A stretch of DNA of 64,000 nucleotides from a phage: the NCBI GenBank assembly GCA_033286805.1, contig GCA_033286805.1_4727.1. One strand, written 5' to 3'. A model generated the notes under the pieces. It saw nothing but the letters and a program-made list of their open reading frames with translations, had not been told where the DNA came from and made no database searches. A program made the translations under genes and the position numbers. Below, piece by piece: positions 17,858-28,282 of the stretch; the stretch's first letter is position 1; every line of letters begins with the position of its first letter.

Positions 17858-19939
17858 ATGTTGGATAGAATCAATCGTTTAATGAACCGAATAACGGTTA
17901 AAAATCAGAGTAACAATACCGTGCATATCGGGGGTATCGATGCCTGGCGTCTTTCAGATGACATTCAGCGAATATGGGGTACCTCCCGATTTATGAAACA
18001 TATGTTTCGTAATTTCTCTTCTAGTGGACTCAGTCTCCACAATTTTTACCTTCCCGATTTCGTTTATATTCTCGAAACGATCATCGAAGCAAAGAATACC
18101 CGCAGTAATAAACGCATGCTGAAACACCTTATTGAGGTACTGCTGCAGGAAACCTGGTTGCAAAATACCACAATCGAGCAACCTGCAATCCTCGATAAAG
18201 CACGCATGAACAAAATGCTAACGCTCTCCCTGTTCGATTATCAAGATGAGTTTATCGACATCTATAACCGTAACGTACCTAAATATCGACTGAAAGGATA
18301 CGTGTGTGCGATGGGTGCGGGTGCTGGTAAAACAATCACCGCATTGGCTTTAAGCGCCGCAATGAACGTCGACGTATTTGTGGTCTGCTGTCCTAAGAAC
18401 ACCATGCGTTCAGCATGGCAATCCGATGTAAACAAAGCCATCGTTGACCCCGCAACAGAAACCGCATTCTGGTCAGATACAATGCCACCATCACAGCTGC
18501 AGAAAAGCGATAAGTATTATTTTCTGCATTACGAGTCGATGGGTTTATTAAACGATGTAATGATCAAGCATAAACGCACCGCGAAGCGAGTTCTTATTGT
18601 TGTTGACGAAAGCCATAACTTCAACGACAAGAACAGCCAACGTTCCCAACGACTGGTTGATCTCGTACAGACGATGCGTCAGACCATGAATGCTGATGTT
18701 CATGTCTTGTTTATGTCGGGTACGCCTGTTAAACAAATGGGTTCTGAGATGATCCCGTGTTTAGGTTGTATTGACCCAATGTTCCAAGGACAGGTGGTCG
18801 ATAGCTTCAAAGCAATTTACGGTTTAACCAGCAGTCGCGCTAACGATATCCTCAGACATCGTCTTGGGTTCATGATGCATGTCGTACCTAAAGAGGCTTA
18901 TCGTAAAACCCGTCCGGAAGTTCAGGACGTTTACGTGAAGCTCCCTAACGGTAGCGATTATACCATCTCAAGTATCCGCGACGACATGGCGATATTTGTA
19001 CGCGATCGGGCAAAGTATTACAAGGATAACTGGGGGCATTACAGAAAGATTTTTGATGACGCCTTGGACTACTATCGTAAGACTATTCGTACCGATGGTG
19101 AACGTAAAGAGCTATCTCGATACGAATCGATTGTTGCTCGTTTCCAGAAAGGTTACGACCCCGTCAGAGACAAAGAAGATGCGATGTTCTGCAACGCGTT
19201 TGAAAAACGTTCCATCATGCCGGTTCTTCCTTCCGATTTAAGGGTTGCTTTCAAAGACGCCAAGAGCGTCATCAAGTACGTTGGGTTGAAAATTCAGGGT
19301 GAAGCGTTGGCACGTGTTCTAGGTGCAGCCCGCATTCGGTGTCATGTCGACATGGTGGAGTACATCGACTTCGAAGGGTACATCAATAACGCCGAAGCCA
19401 AAGTGTTGATCTTCACGTCGTACGTTCAGGTGGTTGAACGCGTCGACAACATGCTTCGTGATGCGGGTTTCTTACCTGAACCCATTTACGGGAAGACCAA
19501 CAAGAACATCAACCAAATACTTGCTCGTCTACGCGATGATCCTGACAGCGGTCCCGCTATCGCAACATTTGATAGCTTAGCTGAAGGGGTTCCGATGCTG
19601 ATGTGTAATGTCGGCCTTTTCCTGAACAATCCATGGCGTTCATCCGATGAAATCCAAGCCATCAGCCGTCTCGATCGTGTAGGGCAAACGCAGCCCGTTC
19701 GGATTTATCGTTTCATGTTGGATACAGGAAGCGAGGGTAACGTTTCTACACGTAGCCACGAAATCATGGAGTTAAGTCGACAGCTTGTTGAAGAAATCAC
19801 GGGTGTCAAATATGTAGTGAACAAGCAAGACGATGTTAACTTGCAAGAAACGTTGGCGATGGAAGGATACGATCAATACGTTACCGTAAACACCACGGAA
19901 TACGATATTAAACCGCGACCTGCATTCTTGGAATGGTGA
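17858..19939 (+). CDS. SF2 (SNF2/DEAD-like) helicase
   Basis: Walker A AMGAGAGKT, DExH box VVDESHN, MSGTP, motif VI QAISRLDRVGQ; track start 17810 is GTG inside hairpin, ATG 17858 preferred. Confidence 0.7.
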   Translation: MLDRINRLMNRITVKNQSNNTVHIGGIDAWRLSDDIQRIWGTSRFMKHMFRNFSSSGLSLHNFYLPDFVYILETIIEAKNTRSNKRMLKHLIEVLLQETWLQNTTIEQPAILDKARMNKMLTLSLFDYQDEFIDIYNRNVPKYRLKGYVCAMGAGAGKTITALALSAAMNVDVFVVCCPKNTMRSAWQSDVNKAIVDPATETAFWSDTMPPSQLQKSDKYYFLHYESMGLLNDVMIKHKRTAKRVLIVVDESHNFNDKNSQRSQRLVDLVQTMRQTMNADVHVLFMSGTPVKQMGSEMIPCLGCIDPMFQGQVVDSFKAIYGLTSSRANDILRHRLGFMMHVVPKEAYRKTRPEVQDVYVKLPNGSDYTISSIRDDMAIFVRDRAKYYKDNWGHYRKIFDDALDYYRKTIRTDGERKELSRYESIVARFQKGYDPVRDKEDAMFCNAFEKRSIMPVLPSDLRVAFKDAKSVIKYVGLKIQGEALARVLGAARIRCHVDMVEYIDFEGYINNAEAKVLIFTSYVQVVERVDNMLRDAGFLPEPIYGKTNKNINQILARLRDDPDSGPAIATFDSLAEGVPMLMCNVGLFLNNPWRSSDEIQAISRLDRVGQTQPVRIYRFMLDTGSEGNVSTRSHEIMELSRQLVEEITGVKYVVNKQDDVNLQETLAMEGYDQYVTVNTTEYDIKPRPAFLEW

Positions 19940-19945
19940 TTAAGA

Positions 19946-19971
19946 AGCTCTGCCTGACATCAGGCAGAGCT
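19946..19971 (+). terminator. palindromic hairpin after helicase gene
   Basis: AGCTCTGCCTG-ACAT-CAGGCAGAGCT. Confidence 0.5.
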
Positions 19972-20038
19972 TCATGCTGTATTTGTTGCAAGATCGTATG
20001 ACGTATATGCGTTGTACTTATTTAATAAGGCAGAATAA

Positions 20039-21490
20039 ATGAAACTTAAACAAAGCTGGAAAGACGAACTTCTCGCGTTAGTAAATAGCAAAAACAGTTT
20101 ACAGCTGACATTAGCCGACGTAAAATTTGAGTTAACTGAACCGGTAAGCGAAGTGCCCGGAACGGTTGTTGTTACGATCAAACCGAACGATGATAGCCGT
20201 TACTTTAACGAGCAGTCTCTGACCTACATTCGTCGAGACATCGCTAAAAACTTCACCGGGATCCCGTTACGGGTTATCGTTAAAAATGATACCGCCGTAA
20301 GGGATATCATCAACACGATCGCTGAACGTTACGGATTGGTATTTGACACAACCGTCGACTTCCTCGAATCCGAACTGAATAAACAAATTACGTTCGAAGA
20401 CACCGGTATTAAAGACATTACGGTTCCGGTTGCAAACACGTCTTATGTTTGGGCTGGTAATCTTCAGTTCAATATCGCTAACGATACGTTGAGCTTGATT
20501 ACGATCATCAAGCAAACCAATCTTACGAATCTGGTTTATCTGGATGGTGTTGAATCTAACACATCGGGTTCGTTACTATTAGCAACGACCTCGGTTATCG
20601 GCGAAAACGGAAATGCCGAAACAACTGAAGGTGTCCTTGACGCCGCGTACTTCCAGAATATCCTGAACGTCATGGTTCGTTATGGTGATATTACCAGCGA
20701 ACAAATGCAACAAGCAATGCAGACAATTAACGGAAGCGAAGACGCTCGTAGAGTAGAGGTGCGGTCATACGGTGACGCCGAATTATTGGTAACCACCAAG
20801 AAAGATTGGGTTATCGGTAGCCTTAAGGGTGCTATGGTTGTTGGTCACGCTTCACCTAAACCAATCCAATACGTTCTTAAAACAAAAGGCGGCACCATTA
20901 TATTGTCATTAGATGGTTGGACAAATGTCAATATCGATTGGGGTGATGGGAATAAGACGACGCAGGACTCCGGCGATAATGAATATCAGCACAATTACGC
21001 GGACACTACAGAACGTACGATCGTCGCTACGGGTACCCCTACCAACGTTGAAGATACAGACGTACAGCAAAGCTTCACCGGTGGTAACATCACTGAAATC
21101 GTTGACTGGAACAACGGATTACCTAAGGCCCCATCATTACTTGCGGCGAACAGTTTAATTAAGGTTCCCGATTATATCCCGGCATACTGGACATCGTTAG
21201 AAGGTATGTTTACGCGATGCAGCGCTATTAACGACGTGAACATCACCAAATGGAACACCCGCAACATTACTTCAATGAAGGACCTCTTCTACGGTTGCGC
21301 TACGTTCAACCAACCGATCGGTTCGTGGGATGTTTCGTCTGTTAAGAATGCAGACAATATGTTGTCTGGGTGCTTCGCGTTCAATCAGGATCTGAGTGGT
21401 TGGACATTCCCGGCAGGCACTTCACACATCAACTACGACGCCATGACCGCCGCATGGCAGGCTGGTTATAAACCACACTTCACCGAGTAA
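20039..21490 (+). CDS. DUF285/BspA-like repeat protein
   Basis: C-terminal repeats MFxxCxxxNxxxxxxWxxxxV x3 (e.g. LFYGCATFNQPIGSWDVSSV); 483 aa. Confidence 0.55.
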   Translation: MKLKQSWKDELLALVNSKNSLQLTLADVKFELTEPVSEVPGTVVVTIKPNDDSRYFNEQSLTYIRRDIAKNFTGIPLRVIVKNDTAVRDIINTIAERYGLVFDTTVDFLESELNKQITFEDTGIKDITVPVANTSYVWAGNLQFNIANDTLSLITIIKQTNLTNLVYLDGVESNTSGSLLLATTSVIGENGNAETTEGVLDAAYFQNILNVMVRYGDITSEQMQQAMQTINGSEDARRVEVRSYGDAELLVTTKKDWVIGSLKGAMVVGHASPKPIQYVLKTKGGTIILSLDGWTNVNIDWGDGNKTTQDSGDNEYQHNYADTTERTIVATGTPTNVEDTDVQQSFTGGNITEIVDWNNGLPKAPSLLAANSLIKVPDYIPAYWTSLEGMFTRCSAINDVNITKWNTRNITSMKDLFYGCATFNQPIGSWDVSSVKNADNMLSGCFAFNQDLSGWTFPAGTSHINYDAMTAAWQAGYKPHFTE

Positions 21491-21513
21491 AAAAAAAAAA
21501 ATAGATAGCATAT

Positions 21514-21546
21514 CTTCCTCCCTACCCATAACGGGCGGGGAGGAAG
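21514..21546. terminator. bidirectional hairpin between convergent genes
   Basis: CTTCCTCCC / GGGAGGAAG stem flanked by A12 upstream and T-rich downstream. Confidence 0.55.
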
Positions 21547-21563
21547 GTTTATGTCAATTTAAT

Positions 21564-21902
21564 TTAGAACCAGAGTTCTTTCATGAGGTAAGCTTCCATA
21601 TCGTAGATAAGCCACTCGTCAGGGATTTCTAAAGGATCGTCTTCGGTTAAGGTCAGCATGTGCAGGGCGAACGCACGCTTAATATCGTTCAGCAGTTTTT
21701 CGTCGTCGTAACCTTCTGGTAGTTTACGGTCTACCAGCTGGGTTTGTTTATAGACATCGCGGAATGCTTCAGGGCTGTGTTTGTCCATCGGAAATTGTTC
21801 AGCAGCCTGAACCATAGAAAGCGTCCAGCTTACAACATTGTAACGCTCACCGTTAATTTCACTGAACTGATCATCGATTAAACAGATTTGTTGTACATTC
21901 AT
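21564..21902 (-). CDS. hypothetical protein
   Basis: 112-aa ORF. Confidence 0.45.
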   Translation of the reverse strand: MNVQQICLIDDQFSEINGERYNVVSWTLSMVQAAEQFPMDKHSPEAFRDVYKQTQLVDRKLPEGYDDEKLLNDIKRAFALHMLTLTEDDPLEIPDEWLIYDMEAYLMKELWF

Positions 21903-22792
21903 TCATTTTCTCCATTCTTATCTTGGTCGCAATCACACTCTTCGACGTCTTTCTTACTTAAACGTAAGACGCCGAGTGCGGCATGCTTGAGTTCTTGCAA
22001 CGCGCTTTTCAGCTGACCTTCTTCATCGAAATCAAAATACTTCTCGTTGTAGCTTAACGCTGGAATCATATTTACGAGAGGTTCGATGGCGGGCATCAGC
22101 ATTTCAATGACGACCTTAGGATCAACAAAGCGTTCGAACCCTTCAGGAAGTTTGCTCGCTACAACCTTATCGTTTTTGATGTAGAATTTGTTCTTGAACA
22201 AATCGTCAAGAATAGCATTCTCTTCATCCGTACGTTTTGCGTGAGGACGATCGATCATCTGCACAAACACATCGCTCAACGCTTCAGGCAACGTCGGATT
22301 TTCACGAAGATAAGTTCCGGCTGGAATTTCAATATCGATCTTCGTCCACTCAACAACCTGGTGGTCTCGCGTATAGATGACGTCAACTTCCCATGCCAGG
22401 CCATCAGCGCTTTCTACGGTGTAACGTGTTTTCGCCTGGCCTTCAGGAGCCATGCGTTCGATCGCGTCAAACATCTCGACTGGGATTTCGACTTCGCTTT
22501 CCGTCGCATCACCTGGACCACGATACACCTTCGTGGTCATGATGTATTTCGGCTCTTCGTTATCGATCTGGATCGCACGTGCGCGCACCTGACCTTTCAC
22601 GCCACCAACGGCCGTGTTATCAAACAACCACTGATGTTGCACCATATGTTCGATTTTTGATGCGACTTGACGAAGACGTTCAACACCGTCTTCAGCCAGT
22701 TTACCAAAGAAGACCAGCTCACGTTCCTGCTGTGTCTCACCACTTAACATCATTAAATTGGCGATTTGTTTCACGCCTCTTACTTGTGACAT
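21899..22792 (-). CDS. hypothetical protein
   Basis: 297-aa ORF. Confidence 0.5.
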   Translation of the reverse strand: MSQVRGVKQIANLMMLSGETQQERELVFFGKLAEDGVERLRQVASKIEHMVQHQWLFDNTAVGGVKGQVRARAIQIDNEEPKYIMTTKVYRGPGDATESEVEIPVEMFDAIERMAPEGQAKTRYTVESADGLAWEVDVIYTRDHQVVEWTKIDIEIPAGTYLRENPTLPEALSDVFVQMIDRPHAKRTDEENAILDDLFKNKFYIKNDKVVASKLPEGFERFVDPKVVIEMLMPAIEPLVNMIPALSYNEKYFDFDEEGQLKSALQELKHAALGVLRLSKKDVEECDCDQDKNGENE

Positions 22793-22860
22793 ACATGCTC
22801 CGGTTATAAGGGCCTACATCGAGGCCCCTCATTGATTTTTGATTCCACCAAACGCTATCG

Positions 22861-25491
22861 TTACAATTCAAAATCTTCATCGATAACACGCTGGGTAAGC
22901 ACTTTGTCGCTGAAGAACTCCACCTTGCGCTGATGGTATTTACGGTGCGCTTCGATAGAAGTACATACCAGATACCAGAACGTTGGCGTCATTCCTTCAA
23001 ACTTCCCTTTCAGCTGACGCAGTCGTCCCAACACCTGAATGTTGCCGGTTCGTGACCCCATCGCTAACGTCATGAACGTCATCACCAAGTCAGGAAGGTC
23101 GATACCGGTACCTGCCGATTTCACGGTTGTAACGCTAATATCGTTATCCAGCAAGACCATGAAATCTTCTTCAGCAGTATAAGGACCGATCTCTAGCTCA
23201 GGAATACGTTCACTGAGATAATGCGACAACGACTTACACATATCAACGGTTGCACAATACACCAGCATCTTCATACCTTCCTGATACTGGTTCATAAAAC
23301 CTTTGATAATAACGGTATAGATGAAGTTAAAGTACGCGAGTTTGAGTTGCTTGTTCTTCATGATAGACTGTTCAAATATCGTGTGCGAATAAGCTCCACC
23401 AAACCCTTTGTATCTGACTTTATCTGTACTGCGTAGTCGATATGTTACCGCATTTACCGCAATGTATTTCTTGTATTCGCCTTTCGCATAACGGGCTTCT
23501 TTCGGATACATCAAATACAGCATCTGTTCGATAAACGGATCATCGGATACCGCTGTTGCCGACAGATAAATGATTTCCGGAATATTGGCGTAACACTTGA
23601 CCTTAAACAAGAAATGCAATGCTTCGTGACACTCGTCATGAATCAGCAAACCTATGCCGGTCTTTTCCCAAAACTCAGCGGGATGGAAGGCATATGGCGC
23701 AACGCAGTTATTCTTCTCGTAGTCCGCAATATAACGTTGGAACATGTTCAAGGAGAACAATGCGATTTTGAAGTCGAGTTCACCCTGTTCAACCAAGGTT
23801 TGAAACTCCAGCATGCTGTAACGAGGAATGTCGGGATGCGGTGGATCCTCCTTAGCGTTCCCGCGTATCTCGATAACATCCCCTGGTTCCATCCCGAAGA
23901 AGTTCAGCAGCGAGCTTCGCCAACCTGGCATATACCGTGGAGAAAGTATAATGCCTGTGCGCACACCCCGTCTAAACACGATTTCCTGCGACATCGCGGT
24001 GTTGTGTGTGACGATAAAGTCTTTCACCACAAACAACGCTGAAGGATCATCGATCGTAATGCAACGTGCATCCGCAACACGGGAAGGTTTGATTGACAGT
24101 ACACGCAGCATACTTTCGAAGTATTGTCCGTCGACAGGACAACGTTCCAGCTTCTTCGGAAGTGTAACGATTTCATGTGGACGTTTATACCGTATCGTAA
24201 CCATGTACGCCAATCGTCCCTTATGTCTTTCCCCCTTGTAGGTGTAATACGGTTGTTTAATACGTAGACGAGCATATCCACCGATCGAACGAACCAAGTA
24301 GATAACGTCATCTGAAAGCTGTTTGCTCGAAGTACAGAAAACAATAGATCCGCCTTTATCTACCGTTCCGTCGGTATCGATAAGACCTGCAAGTATTTCG
24401 CAACGCTGTCTATGCGACGCCATCATGTACTGTTTCGGAACAAACTTCTCCCAGGCTCGTTTACCCATCAACCCCAACTGATCAAGCGCGGATGCTGTCT
24501 CCGACCGCCCACCGTAATTGATTAACGTTGCGGCAGGCGTCTTCGTTACCGCATAGTCGTATTTGTCACGGTACTGTATTTCACAGTCATCAGGAAGACG
24601 ACTTAACACCTTATTCAAGATGAAATCGTCAGGAGTTGTAATGATTGGAGATGTCGTTAAATGACCGTCCCCTAACAGAACACCAAGCACGTACGGATCA
24701 AGCGGTAAATCTGCATCAGGAGTATCCTCAGACTCACAATACGGAATGTAAAGTCGTTTATTGGACAGCTCCAGGATACGAATCATCTCAAGTGTATTGA
24801 TAACCCGCATGGGATAAGGATTGTTTTTGTCCCATCCCCAGTTAGGTCTCATGCACGCCCAGAGATGCTCGCCGCAGGCTTCAACACGACGACCGTCAGC
24901 AAAGACAATCTCATAGAGCTGTTTTGCTTTATGGTCGAAGATATTGGTTACCTTCGTTGGTCGGCCATTAGCAGCCGTGATGGTATCACCTAGCTTCAAA
25001 TCGCCTAATTGACGCCATCCGCCAGGGACTTTTACGAGCGTGGTAAGCGGATTCGCTTTACCAGACCCCGTTTGAGCGGTGTTTAGGCTCATTCTGAAGG
25101 GGGTATCCTTACCCCCGTTCATGTACTCCAGCCATTCTTGTTGATCTTCACGCCACGGAAACTTCCATTTCTTTACGAACTCCACTTCCTTACCTGGTAC
25201 CGGATCGTGATAAACGATTTCCAACCACTCTTTTCGGATTCCTCGAGAGAAGATAAAATCCAAAAACGATTTCAACTGTTCGCGGAGTAAGTATACCTCG
25301 CTATAATCGCTTCTCGCTGCGGCGTAGGTGTTAATGGTATCGGTGACCATTCTCCGTGTACGAGGGTCGCGTCGTTTCCGTAGATGCAAACAACGGTCTC
25401 GAAGGTAATGGCCAATCAAATGGGCAAATCGAAGTCCGTATCCGCTCAGCCTCATGCCATGCGAGAAGACGTCGATACGAGCTAACTTCAT
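22861..25491 (-). CDS. DExH-box SF2 helicase precursor containing an intein
   Basis: Walker A split as TGSGK|...|TAM; after the insertion: DExH LLIHDECHEA, VKSAGTGIDLPDL, motif VI LGRLRQ; ATGA overlap with upstream gene. Confidence 0.75.
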   Translation of the reverse strand: MKLARIDVFSHGMRLSGYGLRFAHLIGHYLRDRCLHLRKRRDPRTRRMVTDTINTYAAARSDYSEVYLLREQLKSFLDFIFSRGIRKEWLEIVYHDPVPGKEVEFVKKWKFPWREDQQEWLEYMNGGKDTPFRMSLNTAQTGSGKANPLTTLVKVPGGWRQLGDLKLGDTITAANGRPTKVTNIFDHKAKQLYEIVFADGRRVEACGEHLWACMRPNWGWDKNNPYPMRVINTLEMIRILELSNKRLYIPYCESEDTPDADLPLDPYVLGVLLGDGHLTTSPIITTPDDFILNKVLSRLPDDCEIQYRDKYDYAVTKTPAATLINYGGRSETASALDQLGLMGKRAWEKFVPKQYMMASHRQRCEILAGLIDTDGTVDKGGSIVFCTSSKQLSDDVIYLVRSIGGYARLRIKQPYYTYKGERHKGRLAYMVTIRYKRPHEIVTLPKKLERCPVDGQYFESMLRVLSIKPSRVADARCITIDDPSALFVVKDFIVTHNTAMSQEIVFRRGVRTGIILSPRYMPGWRSSLLNFFGMEPGDVIEIRGNAKEDPPHPDIPRYSMLEFQTLVEQGELDFKIALFSLNMFQRYIADYEKNNCVAPYAFHPAEFWEKTGIGLLIHDECHEALHFLFKVKCYANIPEIIYLSATAVSDDPFIEQMLYLMYPKEARYAKGEYKKYIAVNAVTYRLRSTDKVRYKGFGGAYSHTIFEQSIMKNKQLKLAYFNFIYTVIIKGFMNQYQEGMKMLVYCATVDMCKSLSHYLSERIPELEIGPYTAEEDFMVLLDNDISVTTVKSAGTGIDLPDLVMTFMTLAMGSRTGNIQVLGRLRQLKGKFEGMTPTFWYLVCTSIEAHRKYHQRKVEFFSDKVLTQRVIDEDFEL
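24001..25056 (-). mobile_element. intein (352 aa) with LAGLIDADG homing-endonuclease domain, Ala-1 / WCT-type (class 3-like)
   Basis: Begins ANPLTTLVKV after GSGK, ends FIVTHN before T; LLGDGHL and ILAGLIDTDG motifs; block B GEHLW, block F Cys (RCITIDD), Thr before HN. Confidence 0.65.
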
Positions 25492-27494
25492 AACGTGATT
25501 ACATCCTCCGGTTTAGGTTCTTTACGCGGTAAAAGCATGTAGTCGATCGGATGATCCGGCTTCATGGTTGGGATATAACTGTTCGGGTTTTGGAACGCAT
25601 CCAGTTGCTCTTGGTGAGCGAACTTCATACTCAAGGAGCGCATGTTCATGTTCTTCTTGAAGGTACTGAAGTATCGTGTTGTTCCCTGTTTCGGCATGCG
25701 ATAATCTTTCGTGTGTGGCGAACGAATCATGCTGGCGTAGAGAATAACGTCGAGATGCGAAAGGTTCATTCGCAGACGCTGGGCACACAGGCGATGCCAA
25801 TAATACAGCACGTTTGCAACTTCTTCCGGTGTTGCTTCGTCTTCCGAGAGGAATCCGGCACTGAAAGAACCTTTCCCGAATTTGAACTCACGTTCGATTT
25901 CTTTTGCGTATTCCATCATGTTTTTGTGGATTAACGGCATCTGGAATAACGTACGTGAATTGTCCCAATGTTTCAAGTCGAAAATCACAATCCCGTCAGA
26001 CGTCACTTCCCAGCTATGGCGTTTAAGATAACGGATAAACGCTTTACTCGGGACGACGGGACGTCCACAGAAATCGAAATTGACTTTGAGCTTACGATAG
26101 CTTTCATCTTTCCTGTCGTAAATCTCCATATCACAAAGCGTCATGTTAAACAGACGTTGCGGTATCAGCGAACTGATTTCTTCCGCTTCGGCTACATCGT
26201 ACAACATGTTCGCAAGACCTAACTTCATCTTAATCAGCACGTGTTTACCTTTCAGCTCACGTGCGAGTTTGATGTCGTTCATGTTCTGGCTGTAGCGAAG
26301 GATATGTTGATATTCCGGCGGGATTGGTGCTGTGGATACCGTTGACGAACCATCGTGGTGTTTGGTGGAAAGAATGTTCTGCGTTACCTGTTGCGAACAG
26401 GTACGCGCTGCGCCATCGCCAACATTATCGGTTAGTGCGAAGTTATGACTTAATTCACCATAACACGTTGTACATACCCCAGCAGGATCGGGATGATGAC
26501 AATAGTTAACGGAGCGCATGCGTACCGTCGTGCCGATCAATTCTTTCATGTGTGGTTGTATAGCTACCAACGAACCGTCATCACGAATAATGAATCGACC
26601 ATGGAAGCCACGCAGGTCGGTCTCATCGCGGATTGGCATCGGGATGGTCTCTTTACTACCACAATCACCAGGATGAAGTCGTTGTACAACCGCTGTCGCT
26701 ATCTGAAGTTCACGACCGAAATATTCAGACTTTTTAATCTGCTCTTTGTTGAACAGCAACGATTTCGCCGCAGAACGACTTTCTTTCAAGCTGTCGGGAA
26801 GAGAGATCAAACCAGCTGCGTATGACCGCATTACTGGATCACGGAATATCTCGGAGTTAATATCAGTCAAGAATCCACGCATCCCAATACACTGTAGCAC
26901 CTGCCCAATCGAAACGTGTTCGGTTCTTACCGCACGTGCAATAGGGTTTGCATGTAACGTTTTATCGGTGCTCAGTACCTTCGTCAGTTTCTTGTATGCG
27001 CTTTCGATACCTTCGCGGGTGGGTTCCGCTTCAGCGATGATTTTCTTAACTTCAGGGTGTACAGTAATCTGATAAAAATCATCCGCACAAATAGTTGTTA
27101 CGTATTCCTCCAACGCATACGTAAAGAAGTTATACACATTGTTAAACATATCGAACAATGCTTTCCAGAGAACCTCGCGATTCTCTTGTGGGTAAGCATA
27201 CATACATTGACGATACGCTGCGCTTTGCAACGCAACCGACGAACCAGCAGTAAACTTGCGTTTATCGACCAGGTTCTCTTTTGTCAACGGTGTCTCAGGA
27301 TACATGCGATGCACAGACCAATGCATGTAACTAAAGAAAATGCGTCGCGCACGTAATTCATGAACGCCATCGTCCATCTCGATATATACACGGTCATTAG
27401 GCTGTGCCCATTCGAACACCTCATCAACCGGCCAGTGCATAAGCTCGCGTGCCCTCACACGACGTTTCGTGGTGGTCGTCTGTGTTGTATTCAT
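25488..27494 (-). CDS. multisubunit RNA polymerase beta-prime subunit, C-terminal fragment
   Basis: IGMRGFL (cf. bacterial AGMRGLM) and YCHHPDPAGVCTTCYGELS (cf. SCDTDFGVCAHCYGRDL) in correct order. Confidence 0.65.
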   Translation of the reverse strand: MNTTQTTTTKRRVRARELMHWPVDEVFEWAQPNDRVYIEMDDGVHELRARRIFFSYMHWSVHRMYPETPLTKENLVDKRKFTAGSSVALQSAAYRQCMYAYPQENREVLWKALFDMFNNVYNFFTYALEEYVTTICADDFYQITVHPEVKKIIAEAEPTREGIESAYKKLTKVLSTDKTLHANPIARAVRTEHVSIGQVLQCIGMRGFLTDINSEIFRDPVMRSYAAGLISLPDSLKESRSAAKSLLFNKEQIKKSEYFGRELQIATAVVQRLHPGDCGSKETIPMPIRDETDLRGFHGRFIIRDDGSLVAIQPHMKELIGTTVRMRSVNYCHHPDPAGVCTTCYGELSHNFALTDNVGDGAARTCSQQVTQNILSTKHHDGSSTVSTAPIPPEYQHILRYSQNMNDIKLARELKGKHVLIKMKLGLANMLYDVAEAEEISSLIPQRLFNMTLCDMEIYDRKDESYRKLKVNFDFCGRPVVPSKAFIRYLKRHSWEVTSDGIVIFDLKHWDNSRTLFQMPLIHKNMMEYAKEIEREFKFGKGSFSAGFLSEDEATPEEVANVLYYWHRLCAQRLRMNLSHLDVILYASMIRSPHTKDYRMPKQGTTRYFSTFKKNMNMRSLSMKFAHQEQLDAFQNPNSYIPTMKPDHPIDYMLLPRKEPKPEDVITL

Positions 27495-27639
27495 TATTGC
27501 TTTCCGATTTAAATGGTTTTATCATACGGTTTACCAAATCCGTTGGACTTTACTATCGTTGTGATAGCATCGGGAATCCCTTCCCTTAGGTTATGTAGGT
27601 GTTAATATATCTCCACTGCTGGCCTTTATGTCGGCAGCA

Positions 27640-28125
27640 TTATCCAGCTTTCTGTTGTAAAGCGTATGGATCCATAGCGTCAGACATATCCGCAAAAACG
27701 GTGAGAATAAACCCCTTTATCTGTCTCACCTCGGTTACACGAAGCCCTTTATCATTGCGATATACGTTTTCTTCACCGACCAACTTTGGTCGAATAACAT
27801 AAACTCCATCAACAAGCGGGAATGTCGGATACGGATAAATACCGATACGAATGATGTTTGGGTGATCGCCTAGAAGGTCACGTCCAAACTTATCGACTCG
27901 ACCATAAATCGCCCCATCCACACCTTCCACTTCAATGAGATCGTTTCGAATATCCTGAAATAGCTGCTCTAACGTGTCGGCGGGGTACGTATATGCGACA
28001 CCTAACGCTGGATCCTCAATGGTTTTGACACTGAATCCGTTAAGCCAAACAATCTGTTCATCCGCCCATGTTTCTTCATATACCGTTAATCCATCGCCGT
28101 ATATGTTGGCGTGTGCTATCTCCAT
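27640..28125 (-). CDS. hypothetical protein
   Basis: 161-aa ORF. Confidence 0.45.
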   Translation of the reverse strand: MEIAHANIYGDGLTVYEETWADEQIVWLNGFSVKTIEDPALGVAYTYPADTLEQLFQDIRNDLIEVEGVDGAIYGRVDKFGRDLLGDHPNIIRIGIYPYPTFPLVDGVYVIRPKLVGEENVYRNDKGLRVTEVRQIKGFILTVFADMSDAMDPYALQQKAG

Positions 28126-28239
28126 AATCTCATTTCCTCTTATACGTTAGGATAGATGACATGTTGGATATACGTTGCCTTTGCATATATTGCTTTATTT
28201 CCGTCAGAAATAACGGAAAATAAAAACAACGACATAATT

Positions 28240-28269
28240 CCCTCCCACCTCCACATGGGAGAGGGAGGG
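28240..28269 (-). terminator. hairpin after 28283-28645
   Basis: CCCTCCC...GGGAGGG imperfect stem followed by T-rich tract on minus strand. Confidence 0.45.
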
Positions 28270-28282
28270 TTATTCGTGTTTA

